Under the pieces are notes generated by a model that saw only the letters and a program-made list of their open reading frames with translations, was not told the origin of the DNA and made no database searches. 64,000 nt of DNA from contig CAWCWL010000006.1 of the NCBI GenBank assembly GCA_963799235.1, positions 374,020 through 438,019 of the forward strand. Reading direction: 5' to 3'. The number at the start of each line of letters is the position of its first letter. The stretch's first letter is position 1. Below are positions 19,217 through 28,561 of this stretch, in pieces. The translations under genes were made by a program, and so were the position numbers. The stretch comes from an uncultured Actinomycetota bacterium (GTDB lineage: Bacteria; Actinomycetota; Actinomycetes; Propionibacteriales; Propionibacteriaceae).

Positions 19217-20731
19217 ATGCTTGCCGGTATGGACTTCGAGCAGCGCTATCGCGCGGTGTCAGCGAGAGACTCCCGCTTCGACGGGGTGTTCGTGACGGCC
19301 GTCCGCAGTACGGGCATCTACTGCCGTCCGTCCTGCCCAGCGCGTACTCCCCTGGTGCGCAACGTCGAGTTCTTCGCCACCAGCGCCGCGGCCCACGAAG
19401 CGGGCTACCGGGCGTGCAAGCGCTGCCTGCCGGACGCCGTCCCCGGATCGCCGGAGTGGAACCTGCGCTCCGACGTGGCGGCGCGGGCGATGCGGTTGAT
19501 CGCCGACGGGCTGGTGGAACGCGAGGGCGTGCCCGGCCTGTCGTCCAGGCTGGGCTACACGACCCGGCACCTGAACCGCCTGCTGACCTCTGAACTCGGC
19601 GCCGGCCCGCTGGCACTGGCCCGCGCACACCGCGCACAGACCGCCCGCCAATTGCTCGTGGCCACCGACCTCCCGGTCAGCGACGTCGCCTTCGCCTCCG
19701 GCTTCGGGAGCATCCGGCAGTTCAACGACACCATCGCAGAGGTCTACGACCGCACGCCGTCGCAGTTGCGCGCCACCCGGCGCCACCGCACTCCCTCCGA
19801 GTTGTCAGAACCAGGGTCGGCTCTGGCCTCCCCCGGTTCTGACAAGTCGGGAATGGGGATCCGGCTCGCCCTGCCCGTCCGGCAGCCGTTCGACGCTGCG
19901 GGGGTCTTCGGCTGGCTGGCTGCACGGGCGGTGCCCGGTGTCGAGCTCGCCGGGCCGCGGTCGTACGCCCGGACGCTCCTGCTGCCGGGCGGGCCCGCGA
20001 CCTTCGAGGTCGAGCCCGACGGTGAGCGACTACGCCTCACGGCGCGACTGTCCGTCCTCAGCGACCTGCCCTCACTGATCTGGCGCGTGCGCCGCCTGTT
20101 CGACCTGGACGCCGACCCTGTGGGGATCGACGAGGCCGTCGGACGCGAGCCGGCGCTGGCGGCAGCGGTCGCGGCAACCCCCGGCATCCGGCTGCCCGGC
20201 GCAGTGGATGCGCACGAGATGCTGCTGCGTGCGCTGGTGGGACAGCAGATCTCCGTCGCGGCAGCCCGGACGCAGCTCGCCCGGCTCGCCGTTGCCCTCG
20301 GCACCCCGGTCACCGGCGCACCCGAAGGCCTGACCACCCTCTTCCCCACCGCAGCCCAGGTCGCAGAACGCGGCCGGGAAGTGCTGGTGGGCCCGCGGGC
20401 GCGGATCGACAGCATCGTCGCCATCTGCGAACTGCTGGCCTCCGGCGAGCTCGACCTGGGTTATGCCGACGATCCGGTGGCCCAGCACGACCGCCTCGTC
20501 GCCGTCCGGGGAATCGGTGAGTGGACGGCCAACTACGTCGCCATGCGCGTCCTCGGAAACCCGGACGTCCTGCCGACCGGTGACGTCGCTCTACGCACCG
20601 GCGCCCGGCGGCTCGGCCTTCCCGACCACCCCCGCGACCTCGCTGCCTGGGGCACCCATGTCGCCCCCTGGCGCTCCTACGCGAGCCTGCACCTGTGGCG
20701 AGCAAGTCTCGCCAGGATTGGAGAGAAATGA
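19217..20731 (+). CDS. alkA: Ada-AlkA fusion (Ada Zn methylphosphotriester domain, AraC HTH, AlkA N-terminal domain, HhH-GPD 3-methyladenine glycosylase II)
   Basis: Contains [19 protein letters not shown]...ACKRCLPD, then ...[16 protein letters not shown]...[14 protein letters not shown]..., and then ...[13 protein letters not shown]...[18 protein letters not shown]. Confidence 0.9.
   Translation: MLAGMDFEQRYRAVSARDSRFDGVFVTAVRSTGIYCRPSCPARTPLVRNVEFFATSAAAHEAGYRACKRCLPDAVPGSPEWNLRSDVAARAMRLIADGLVEREGVPGLSSRLGYTTRHLNRLLTSELGAGPLALARAHRAQTARQLLVATDLPVSDVAFASGFGSIRQFNDTIAEVYDRTPSQLRATRRHRTPSELSEPGSALASPGSDKSGMGIRLALPVRQPFDAAGVFGWLAARAVPGVELAGPRSYARTLLLPGGPATFEVEPDGERLRLTARLSVLSDLPSLIWRVRRLFDLDADPVGIDEAVGREPALAAAVAATPGIRLPGAVDAHEMLLRALVGQQISVAAARTQLARLAVALGTPVTGAPEGLTTLFPTAAQVAERGREVLVGPRARIDSIVAICELLASGELDLGYADDPVAQHDRLVAVRGIGEWTANYVAMRVLGNPDVLPTGDVALRTGARRLGLPDHPRDLAAWGTHVAPWRSYASLHLWRASLARIGEK
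19797..19850. repeat. 54-bp palindromic element, copy B, inside the ada-alkA reading frame
   Basis: The sequence is CCGAGTTGTCAGAA, 26 bp, then TTCTGACAAGTCGG. The ORF reads straight through it, translating as [17 protein letters not shown]. Confidence 0.8.
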
Positions 20732-21234
20732 AGCTGACCACAGTGGCCACCCCCGACGGCCCGTTCACCCTGCTGGCCTCCGGCGGTGTCGTGCTGGCCT
20801 CCGGCTGGACAGGCGATCCCGAAGCCGTCCTCGCCCGACTGCGGCCGGAACAGCGTCCGGCAGAGGTGTCTGTCGTGGACCCCGACGACCCGGACGTCGC
20901 CGGCCCTGCCTCCGCAGTGGCCGCCTACTACAACGGCGACCTTGCCGCCGTGGAGTCGGTTCCCGTCGAGCAACACGGCTCCGACTGGCGCCAGCGCGGC
21001 TGGCGGCGGCTCCGCGGCATCACGCCGGGAGCGCCGTTGAGCTATGCGGCCTTCGCCGGCGAGCTGGGCAACCCGGCAGCCGTCCGGGCGGCGGCGAGCA
21101 TCTGCGCAACCAACGCTCCCGCCCTCTTCGTTCCGTGCCACCGTGTACTACGGAGCGACGGCAGCCTCGGCGGCTTCGCCTGGGGCGTGGAGGTCAAGCG
21201 CTCCCTGCTCGCCCGGGAGGCTGCGCAAGCCTGA
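20728..21234 (+). CDS. ogt: methylated-DNA--protein-cysteine methyltransferase
   Basis: Contains the [18 protein letters not shown] active-site motif. The ATG at 20728 forms an ATGA overlap with the alkA stop and has GGAGAG upstream. The track ORF starts earlier, at 20695. Confidence 0.9.
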   Translation: MKLTTVATPDGPFTLLASGGVVLASGWTGDPEAVLARLRPEQRPAEVSVVDPDDPDVAGPASAVAAYYNGDLAAVESVPVEQHGSDWRQRGWRRLRGITPGAPLSYAAFAGELGNPAAVRAAASICATNAPALFVPCHRVLRSDGSLGGFAWGVEVKRSLLAREAAQA

Positions 21235-21334
21235 GTGGACCGAATAGGAACCGTCCCCAACTTGGTCCGGACCGAGTTGGAACCGTCCCCAACTTGGTCC
21301 GGACCGAGTTGGGGACGGTTCCTATTCGGTCCAC
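21235..21334. repeat. 100-bp nested palindrome with an internal 32-bp tandem duplication
   Basis: There are perfect 28-nt outer arms (21235-21262 and 21307-21334). The unit GGAACCGTCCCCAACTTGGTCCGGACCGAGTT is repeated at 21247-21278 and 21279-21310. The element starts immediately after the ogt stop. Confidence 0.9.
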
Positions 21335-21427
21335 AGCCGCAAACGTGTGGGGGGCGGCGGCCCTTCGTGACGCCCGCTCGCTGCGCTCACGGGCTCCTCA
21401 GGGACGTTTGGGGACGCGGGTGGCGAG

Positions 21428-22108
21428 CTATTCGGCCGAGGGGACGGGGTCGAGGGCGTCGGCCATGAAGGTGAGGACGGAACCCACCAGCAGTTGCTCG
21501 CGCTCGGCGACCCTTGTTGCCGGGAGGCTCCTCCCCGGGGCGAGGGAGTGGGTGGCACCGGGAACGGGAACGATCCGCTCCCCCGAGTAGCCGGCGTCAG
21601 CGAGCGCCCGGGCGACATCGGAGGGCGTGCCGAACGCGTCGCTGGCGCCCTGCAGCACCAGCGCGGGCCCGCCAGCGCCGGCCAGCTCCGACACCCGTGA
21701 CTTCTCGGGCTTGCCGGGCGGGTGCAGCGGGAACGACAGCAGGACAAGTCCGGCATCGGTCTCGGCGAAACAGCGGCAGGCGCACCGCGCACCGGCGCTG
21801 CGCCCACCCACGAAAAGGGGCACCCCCGGCCACAGGTCCCGCACCGCCTCCACGGCCGGCAACCAGCAACGGTCGAGGCTCGCCGGCGGGCCGGCCACCT
21901 TGCGTCCCGCTACCAGCCACGGCTGGCGATAGCGGGCAACGTTGACTCCCGAAGCGGGAAGCTCACGCGCCAACAGCGCAAGGTCCCACGCCTCCTCGCT
22001 GCCACCGGCGCCGTGCCCGAGGATCAGGGCGGCGAGGGGCTCTGCGGCCTCGGCGATGACGAGCTCCCCGGGTCCGTCCGGGGTGGCGACTGCCAGCACG
22101 GTGCTCAT
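21428..22108 (-). CDS. alpha/beta hydrolase (dienelactone-hydrolase-like)
   Basis: Contains LILGHGAGG and the nucleophile elbow GGRSAG, plus ...LQGASDAFG...PGATHSL. The start is taken at MSTVLAV; the track ORF extends to 22180. Confidence 0.7.
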   Translation of the reverse strand: MSTVLAVATPDGPGELVIAEAAEPLAALILGHGAGGSEEAWDLALLARELPASGVNVARYRQPWLVAGRKVAGPPASLDRCWLPAVEAVRDLWPGVPLFVGGRSAGARCACRCFAETDAGLVLLSFPLHPPGKPEKSRVSELAGAGGPALVLQGASDAFGTPSDVARALADAGYSGERIVPVPGATHSLAPGRSLPATRVAEREQLLVGSVLTFMADALDPVPSAE

Positions 22109-22179
22109 GGGTCCAGTGTCACCGATCCGGGGCCGCAGCGTGGCATGCTGAGGCGACACCGCAGCAAGGGGCCGCAGCA

Positions 22180-24219
22180 ATGGACTTCTACAACCTCTAC
22201 AGCCACGGATTCACCCGCGTGGCAGCCTGCACGTTCGGAATCCGGATGGTGCAGCCCATGGCCAACGCCGAGGCCGTCCTCGCGCAGGCCAGGGAGTGCG
22301 CCGAGGCCGGCGCGAGCCTTGCCGTGTTCCCGGAGCTCACCCTCACCGGCTACTCCATCGAGGACCTGCTGATGCAGGACACCGTGCTCTCCGCCGTCGA
22401 GGACGCCCTCGCCTGGCTGGTGCCGCAGACCGAGGGCCTCGGCTGCATCGTCGTCGTCGGTGCGCCGCTGGTGAGCCTGAACCGCATCTACAACTGCGCC
22501 GTCGTGATCCACCGCGGACGCGTCCTCGGTGTGGTGCCGAAGTCGTACCTTCCGACCTACCGCGAGTTCTACGAGCGACGCCAGATCGGCCCGGGCGACG
22601 ACGTCACCGGGGAGATCCGCATCGCCGGCGAGGACGTGCCGTTCGGCGCCGACCTGCTGTTCGCAGCAGAGGACGTGCCGGGCTTCGTGCTGAACGTCGA
22701 GATCTGCGAGGACATGTGGGTGCCGATCCCCCCGAGCGCAGAGGCAGCGCTCGCCGGGGCGACAGTGATCGCCAACCTCTCCGGCAGCCCGATCACCGTC
22801 TCGAAGGCGGAGGAACGCAAGCTGCTCTGTGCGTCCGGCTCCTCCCGGCTGATCACCGGCTACGTCTACTCCGCTGCCGGCGAGGGCGAGTCGTCCACGG
22901 ACCTCTCCTGGGACGGCCAGACGCTCATCTACGACACCGGGACGCTGCTCGCAGAGTCGGAGCGCTTCCCCTCGGGCCCGCGGGCCTCCATCGCCGACAT
23001 CGACCTTGGCACGATCGTCCAGAACCGCCTGCGGATGGGCACCTTCGACGACAACCGCCGTGCCCACGCCGACCGCACCGGCGAGTACCGGACGGTGTCG
23101 TTCGAGCTGGTTCCCGCCACCGGCGACCTCGGGCTGCGCCGGCCGCTGGCCCGCTTCCCGTTCGTCCCCGCGGACGCCACGCGCCTTGCCCAGGACTGCT
23201 ACGAGGCCTACAACATCCAGGTCAGCGGGCTGGAGCAGCGGCTGAAGGCCATCGGCCAGCCGAAGATCGTCATCGGGGTCTCCGGCGGCCTCGACTCCAC
23301 CCACGCCCTCATCGTCGCCGCGCGTGCCATGGACCGGCTCGGGCGCCCGCGCACCGACATCCTCGCGTTCACGATGCCGGGCTTCGCCACGTCAGCCCAC
23401 ACGAAGAACAACGCCACGGCGCTGGCCACCTCGCTCGGCGTGACCTTCGCAGAACTCGACATCACCCAGACCGCCAGGCTGATGCTGGACGGCCTCGACC
23501 ACCCGTTCGCCGACGGCGACCCGGTCTACGACGTCACCTTCGAGAACGTCCAGGCCGGCCTGCGCACCGACTACCTGTTCCGGCTGGCCAACCAGCGCGG
23601 CGGCATCGTGCTGGGCACCGGCGACCTGTCCGAGCTCGCACTCGGCTGGTGCACCTATGGCGTCGGCGACCAGATGTCGCACTACAACGTCAACGGCGGG
23701 GTGCCGAAGACGCTGATGCAGCACCTCATCCGCTGGGTGATCACCTCCGAGCAGTTCGACGACGCCGTGTCGACGACCCTGCAGGCCATCCTCGAGACCG
23801 AGATCACGCCCGAACTCGTCCCGGTCGCCGACGGTGAGAAGCCGCAGTCGACGCAGGCAGCGATCGGGCCGTACAGCCTGCAGGACTTCAACCTCTTCCA
23901 CGTGCTGCGGCACGGCATGAAGCCGTCGAAGATCGCCTTCCTCGCCTGGCACGCCTGGAAGGACGCCGAGGCCGGCGCGTGGCCGGAGGGCTTCCCGCAC
24001 GACGAGCGGACGGCCTACGACCTGGCAACGATCAAGGGCTGGCTCGCCGTGTTCTGCAAGCGCTTCTTCGGTTTCGCCCAGTTCAAGCGCTCCGCGCTGC
24101 CGAACGGCCCGAAGGTGGTGAGGGGCGGTTCGCTGTCGCCGCGCGGTGACTGGCGGGCGCCGTCCGACACGTCCGCCGACCTGTGGCTTGCCGACCTGGA
24201 GAACGTCCCCGGCGACTGA
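22180..24219 (+). CDS. nadE: glutamine-dependent NAD+ synthetase (long form: CN-hydrolase domain plus NAD synthetase domain)
   Basis: 679 aa. The N-terminal nitrilase-like domain contains ...[15 protein letters not shown]...EICEDMW. The C-terminal domain contains ...[11 protein letters not shown]...[17 protein letters not shown]. Confidence 0.95.
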   Translation: MDFYNLYSHGFTRVAACTFGIRMVQPMANAEAVLAQARECAEAGASLAVFPELTLTGYSIEDLLMQDTVLSAVEDALAWLVPQTEGLGCIVVVGAPLVSLNRIYNCAVVIHRGRVLGVVPKSYLPTYREFYERRQIGPGDDVTGEIRIAGEDVPFGADLLFAAEDVPGFVLNVEICEDMWVPIPPSAEAALAGATVIANLSGSPITVSKAEERKLLCASGSSRLITGYVYSAAGEGESSTDLSWDGQTLIYDTGTLLAESERFPSGPRASIADIDLGTIVQNRLRMGTFDDNRRAHADRTGEYRTVSFELVPATGDLGLRRPLARFPFVPADATRLAQDCYEAYNIQVSGLEQRLKAIGQPKIVIGVSGGLDSTHALIVAARAMDRLGRPRTDILAFTMPGFATSAHTKNNATALATSLGVTFAELDITQTARLMLDGLDHPFADGDPVYDVTFENVQAGLRTDYLFRLANQRGGIVLGTGDLSELALGWCTYGVGDQMSHYNVNGGVPKTLMQHLIRWVITSEQFDDAVSTTLQAILETEITPELVPVADGEKPQSTQAAIGPYSLQDFNLFHVLRHGMKPSKIAFLAWHAWKDAEAGAWPEGFPHDERTAYDLATIKGWLAVFCKRFFGFAQFKRSALPNGPKVVRGGSLSPRGDWRAPSDTSADLWLADLENVPGD

Positions 24220-24272
24220 GCCAAAGCAAGGAGCCCACCGGGATTCCGGTGGGCTCCTTGCTTGTTCAGGTG

Positions 24273-27068
24273 TTACTCGGACGGGCTCGAGACCAGTTCC
24301 TCGCTTGCTGGCGCAGCCTCAGCAGGAGCTTCGACAGCGGGCTGCTCGACGGGGGGCTGAAACGCAGGCGCCTCGGAGGGAACCTCAGCGACCGGCGCCT
24401 CGTCAGCAGGGGTCTCGACGACCTCTGCGACGACGACAGCCTCCAGCGGAGCCTCCGCGACGGCATCGAGTACCGGCGAATCGACGGCGTGCTCGACGGG
24501 CTCGGGCACCGGGGTCGGCTCGACCGTTTCCGCCGCCGCAGCGGACGAACCGGCACTACCCCGAGCACGGCCAGGACGACGACCGGCGGGCGGGCTGGAC
24601 ACGGCGCGGGTGTTGCGCCGTCCGGCCTCCCTGTCGCCACCGTCTGCGGGCGCCTGGGTTGCGACCGGGACGTCGTGGACGTGGTAGCCGCGACCCTTGC
24701 AGGTCTCACACGGCACGGTGAACGCCTCGGCGAGCCCCGTCCCGATCTTCTTGCGGGTCATCTGCACCAGGCCCAGCGAGGTGACCTCAGCCACCTGGTG
24801 ACGGGTGCGGTCACGGCCGAGGCACTCCACCATGCGCCGCAGCAGCAGCTCGCGGTTCGCCGGGAGCACCATGTCGATGAAGTCGATCACGATGATGCCG
24901 CCGATGTCGCGCAGTCGCAGCTGGCGGACGATCTCCTCCGCTGCTTCGAGGTTGTTCGACGTGACCGTCGCCTCGAGGTTGCCGGAGGTGCCGGTGAACT
25001 TGCCGGTGTTGACGTCGATGACCGTCATGGCCTCGGTGCGGTCGATGATCAGCGAACCGCCGGAAGGCAGGAACACCTTGCGCTCGAGTGCCTTGGCCAC
25101 CTGCTCATGCACGCGGAACGAGCTGAACATGTCGCCACGTCCGGCACGGTCCCAGTGCTCCAGCCGGGTCGCGAGGTGCGGCGCGACGTGCTGCACGTAG
25201 GCGTCGACGGTGTCATACGCGTCGTCGGCCTGGCCGTTGCCGTCGATGATCAGTGCGCCGAAGTCCTCGGTGAACAGGTCACGGACGATCCGGACGGTGA
25301 GGTCGGGCTCTGCGTAGAGCTGCGCAGGAGCCTGGCCACTCTTGACCTTCTTCTCCAGCACCTCCCACTGCGCCTTGAGCCGGTTGACGTCGCGGACCAG
25401 TTCCTCTTCGCTCGCACCCTCTGCTGCGGTACGGACGATGACGGACGCGTCCGGCCCGATGAGCTCGTCGAGGATGCCCTTGAGGCGTCGACGCTCACCC
25501 TCGGGGAGCTTGCGGGAAATGCCCGAAAGGTGGCCGCCCGGCGAGTACACGATGTAGCGGCCCGGGATCGAGATGTGCGAGGTCAGGCGGGCACCCTTGG
25601 CGCCGACCGGGTCCTTGCTCACCTGCACCAGCACCTGCTGGCCGGACTTGAACACGCGCTCGACCTTGCGCTCGGCGCTGCTGACGCCGAAGGACTCCCA
25701 GTCGACCTCGCCGGCGTAGAGCACGGCGTTGCGACCGCGGCCGATGTCGACGAAGGCCGCCTCCATCGACGGCAGCACGTTCTGGATGCGGCCCAGGTAG
25801 ATGTTGCCGATCATCGAGGTGGCAGAAGCCCGGTCGACGTAGTGCTCGACGAGGATCCCGTCCTCGAGGACGGCGATCTGGGAGTAGTCGTCGGTCTGGC
25901 GGATCAGCATGCGGCGATCCACGGCCTCGCGACGGGCAAGGAACTCCGACTCGCTCAGGATCGGCGGACGGCGACGTCCTGCGGTGCGGCCCTCGCGGCG
26001 ACGTTGTCTCTTGGCCTCCATGCGGGTCGAACCCTCGATGCCGGTGACCTCGTCGTTGGTGTTGGCAGCCGTGCGGCGGCTCCGCGGCTCGCGGACGCGG
26101 ACGACAACGTCGACCGTGTCGTCCTCTGCCTCTCCGGCGTCCTCACCGCGACGGCGGCGACGACGGCGACGACGGGATGTGCCGTCACCGGCCGGCTCCT
26201 CGCCACCCTCGGCCTCGGCCGGAGCAGCGGCTTCGCCGTCCTCCTCGGCGCCTTCTGCGTCCTCTTCGCCCTCTGCTGCCGGCTCACCGGCGCCACGACG
26301 ACGGCGACGGCCACCCCGGCGACGACGGCGACGACGCGGCGTGCCGTCCTCGCCTTCTGCGTCACCATCATCGGTTGCCTCGTCGTCGGACTCCTCGTCC
26401 TCGGCCCCCTCGGACGCCTCGTCCTCGGACTCCTCGGACTCCTCGTCCTCGGCGACAAGCTCGGCGTCCTCGTCGGACTCGGCGTCCTCTTCGACGGGCT
26501 GGGTACGGCCGCCGATCGCCGCGGCGAGGGAGTCGAGCACCTGATCGGTGTCGGCTTCCTCGGTCAGGCCGAAGGTCTCTGTCTTGACGCGGCGGCGGGT
26601 GCGCGGACGCTCCTGCTGTGCCAGTTCGGCGAGGCTCGCGGCGACGTCTTCTGCCCGCTCCGCGATCGCCTGCTGGTTGTCCTCTGCAGCCTTCACCGCG
26701 CGGCGGCGACGCGGCGCCTTCGCCGGTACTGCCTCCTCGGCGGACGGCGCTGCGGCCTCGATCATCGGCTCCTGGTCGGGAGCGGCCTTGGCGCGGCTGC
26801 GGCGGGCACGCTTGGGTGCCTCCTCCGCGGGTGCAGCCTCGACATTGGCGTGGCTGAACATGGGTGCCGTCGCCTGCGCCCTCGGCGCGGGCTCTGCTAC
26901 CGGCTCGGCTTCGGCGACGGGGGCAGCGGGCTCGGGCGCTGCCTTGGCTTCTGGTGCTGCCACCGGGGCAGGCGGGCCCGCGGGACGGCTGGCCGCGCGG
27001 CGACGACGCGGCGGCGTGGCCGGTTCGGGCGTGGACTGATCGGTGTTCGGGTAGTCGGAATCGAGCAT
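24273..27068 (-). CDS. rne: ribonuclease E
   Basis: Contains an S1 domain (GNIYLGRIQNVLPSMEAAFVDIGRGRNAVLY) and a catalytic core (...GGSLIIDRTEAMTVIDVNTGKF...DIGGIIVIDFIDM...CETCKGRG). It is flanked by long Arg-rich and acidic low-complexity segments. Confidence 0.95.
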   Translation of the reverse strand: MLDSDYPNTDQSTPEPATPPRRRRAASRPAGPPAPVAAPEAKAAPEPAAPVAEAEPVAEPAPRAQATAPMFSHANVEAAPAEEAPKRARRSRAKAAPDQEPMIEAAAPSAEEAVPAKAPRRRRAVKAAEDNQQAIAERAEDVAASLAELAQQERPRTRRRVKTETFGLTEEADTDQVLDSLAAAIGGRTQPVEEDAESDEDAELVAEDEESEESEDEASEGAEDEESDDEATDDGDAEGEDGTPRRRRRRRGGRRRRRGAGEPAAEGEEDAEGAEEDGEAAAPAEAEGGEEPAGDGTSRRRRRRRRRGEDAGEAEDDTVDVVVRVREPRSRRTAANTNDEVTGIEGSTRMEAKRQRRREGRTAGRRRPPILSESEFLARREAVDRRMLIRQTDDYSQIAVLEDGILVEHYVDRASATSMIGNIYLGRIQNVLPSMEAAFVDIGRGRNAVLYAGEVDWESFGVSSAERKVERVFKSGQQVLVQVSKDPVGAKGARLTSHISIPGRYIVYSPGGHLSGISRKLPEGERRRLKGILDELIGPDASVIVRTAAEGASEEELVRDVNRLKAQWEVLEKKVKSGQAPAQLYAEPDLTVRIVRDLFTEDFGALIIDGNGQADDAYDTVDAYVQHVAPHLATRLEHWDRAGRGDMFSSFRVHEQVAKALERKVFLPSGGSLIIDRTEAMTVIDVNTGKFTGTSGNLEATVTSNNLEAAEEIVRQLRLRDIGGIIVIDFIDMVLPANRELLLRRMVECLGRDRTRHQVAEVTSLGLVQMTRKKIGTGLAEAFTVPCETCKGRGYHVHDVPVATQAPADGGDREAGRRNTRAVSSPPAGRRPGRARGSAGSSAAAAETVEPTPVPEPVEHAVDSPVLDAVAEAPLEAVVVAEVVETPADEAPVAEVPSEAPAFQPPVEQPAVEAPAEAAPASEELVSSPSE

Positions 27069-27321
27069 TTAGCTCTCCTTAGGCGGCGGGGGTGCCGCAA
27101 ACGTGGCTGCCATGGGCAGCGAAGCCTGGTCGGTCGAATGCGCCAGCGCCGTCGCCCCCGCGGTCGTCTCCGTCGCGGTGAGGGTCGGCGCCATGGTCGG
27201 TCTGTCACACCGGTCACAACACTCGAGGGCCGAAGGTCTGGATGACTATCAGCCTGTTAGCAGTATTCCACACTCCCCGAAGCACAGCGGGAATGTTCGC
27301 GCCCGCTGCAGGAACCGTGCT

Positions 27322-28020
27322 TCAGGCCAGCGGGTCGGCGATCCGGCCGTCTTCCCAGACGCCCTGCTCGATGCGCGTGATCAAGGCCGACTGTGCGCTC
27401 TTCAAGCCCGGACGCAGCGCCTGCAGCGCCTGCACCACGTCGTCCGGACGCACCAGCGGCTCCGAAACGGCGGACGTGAGCCGGAAGGCCGCACCCTCGG
27501 CGACGAGGCCGAGGACGGCAGAGCGGACGTCAAAAGTACGCAGCCCGTTCTTGGTCATCCGCTGCACCTGGTGGGACTCGGTCGCCAGCAGGTCGTCCAC
27601 CGCTGCGGCCAGTTCGCCGGCATCGACGCCGCCGAGTTCCACCAGCCAGCGGGACGCGGACAGCCGGTCGGCCAGCGAACCGGTGCCGGCCTCGACGACC
27701 CGCACGATCACAAGGCCGTCGGGCATCGCTGCGTTCAGGCGGTCGCGGACCAGGTCGGGATCCAGCTCTGCTGCGAGGCCGATCTCCAGATACTCGGCCT
27801 CGCTGGCGGCACCGGTCGGCGACGCGTTGGCGTAGCTGATCCGAGGGTGCGGGGAGAAGCCGGAGGAGAAGGCCATCGGGATGCCTGCGCGGCGCAGCGC
27901 CCTCTCGAAGGCGCGGCCGAAGTCACGGTGCGAAGCGAAGCGCGCGCGTCCGCGCTTGGCGTACTGGACCCTCAGGCGCTGGACGGGCGGGGCCTGCTGG
28001 ACCGGTGGCTGTCGTGACAC
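27322..28020 (-). CDS. radical-SAM-associated protein (TIGR03936/DUF2344-like)
   Basis: Contains RLRVQYAKRGRARFASHRDFGRAFERALRRAGIPMAFSSGFSPHPRISYANASPTG. The start is taken at GTG 28020; the track ORF extends to 28458. Confidence 0.8.
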   Translation of the reverse strand: MSRQPPVQQAPPVQRLRVQYAKRGRARFASHRDFGRAFERALRRAGIPMAFSSGFSPHPRISYANASPTGAASEAEYLEIGLAAELDPDLVRDRLNAAMPDGLVIVRVVEAGTGSLADRLSASRWLVELGGVDAGELAAAVDDLLATESHQVQRMTKNGLRTFDVRSAVLGLVAEGAAFRLTSAVSEPLVRPDDVVQALQALRPGLKSAQSALITRIEQGVWEDGRIADPLA

Positions 28021-28065
28021 GCCGGACAGCCTAACGGGCACGGCCACCCCACTACGCTGACGCAG

Positions 28066-28557
28066 GTGATCGAGCTGCGTCGTGCCCGCAAGGACGAGTG
28101 GGCGGCCGTCGGGGAGCTGACCGCCGGGGCCTACCTCGCCGACGGTGCGATGGGCGCAGACGACCCCTACTACGGGGTGCTGCGCGATGCGGCATCCCGG
28201 GCACGGGAGGCCGACCTGTGGGTGGCGGTCGACAGCGGCGGGGCCCTGCTCGGCACCGTGACGTGGTGCCCGCCCGGTTCGAGCTACCGCGAGCTGGCCA
28301 GTCCGGAGGAGAGCGAGTTCCGCACCCTCGCCGTTGCTCCCGCCGGACGTGGGCGGGGCGTCGGCGAAGCACTGGTGCGTCACTGCATCCAGCTCGCGAC
28401 CGAGGCCGGCTCGACCGCTGTCGTCATCTCGACGGCGCAGTGGATGAGCACAGCCCACCGGCTGTACCAGCGCCTGGGCTTCGTCCCTGCGCCGGAACGG
28501 GACTGGGCACCGCGACCCGGCGTCCGGCTGCTCGCGATGGTGCGTCCACTCCCCTGA
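28066..28557 (+). CDS. GNAT family N-acetyltransferase
   Basis: Contains ...FRTLAVAPAGRGRGVGEALVRHCIQLA...AHRLYQRLGF. Confidence 0.8.
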   Translation: MIELRRARKDEWAAVGELTAGAYLADGAMGADDPYYGVLRDAASRAREADLWVAVDSGGALLGTVTWCPPGSSYRELASPEESEFRTLAVAPAGRGRGVGEALVRHCIQLATEAGSTAVVISTAQWMSTAHRLYQRLGFVPAPERDWAPRPGVRLLAMVRPLP

Positions 28558-28561
28558 CGGC

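Noticed and set aside
24183-27245. A 1020-aa ORF on the plus strand covering the whole rne locus
   Set aside because: It is antisense to a clearly genuine RNase E gene. Its translation is low-complexity Arg/Gly/Leu/Asp-rich with no motifs. This is a typical stop-codon-poor shadow ORF in high-GC DNA.
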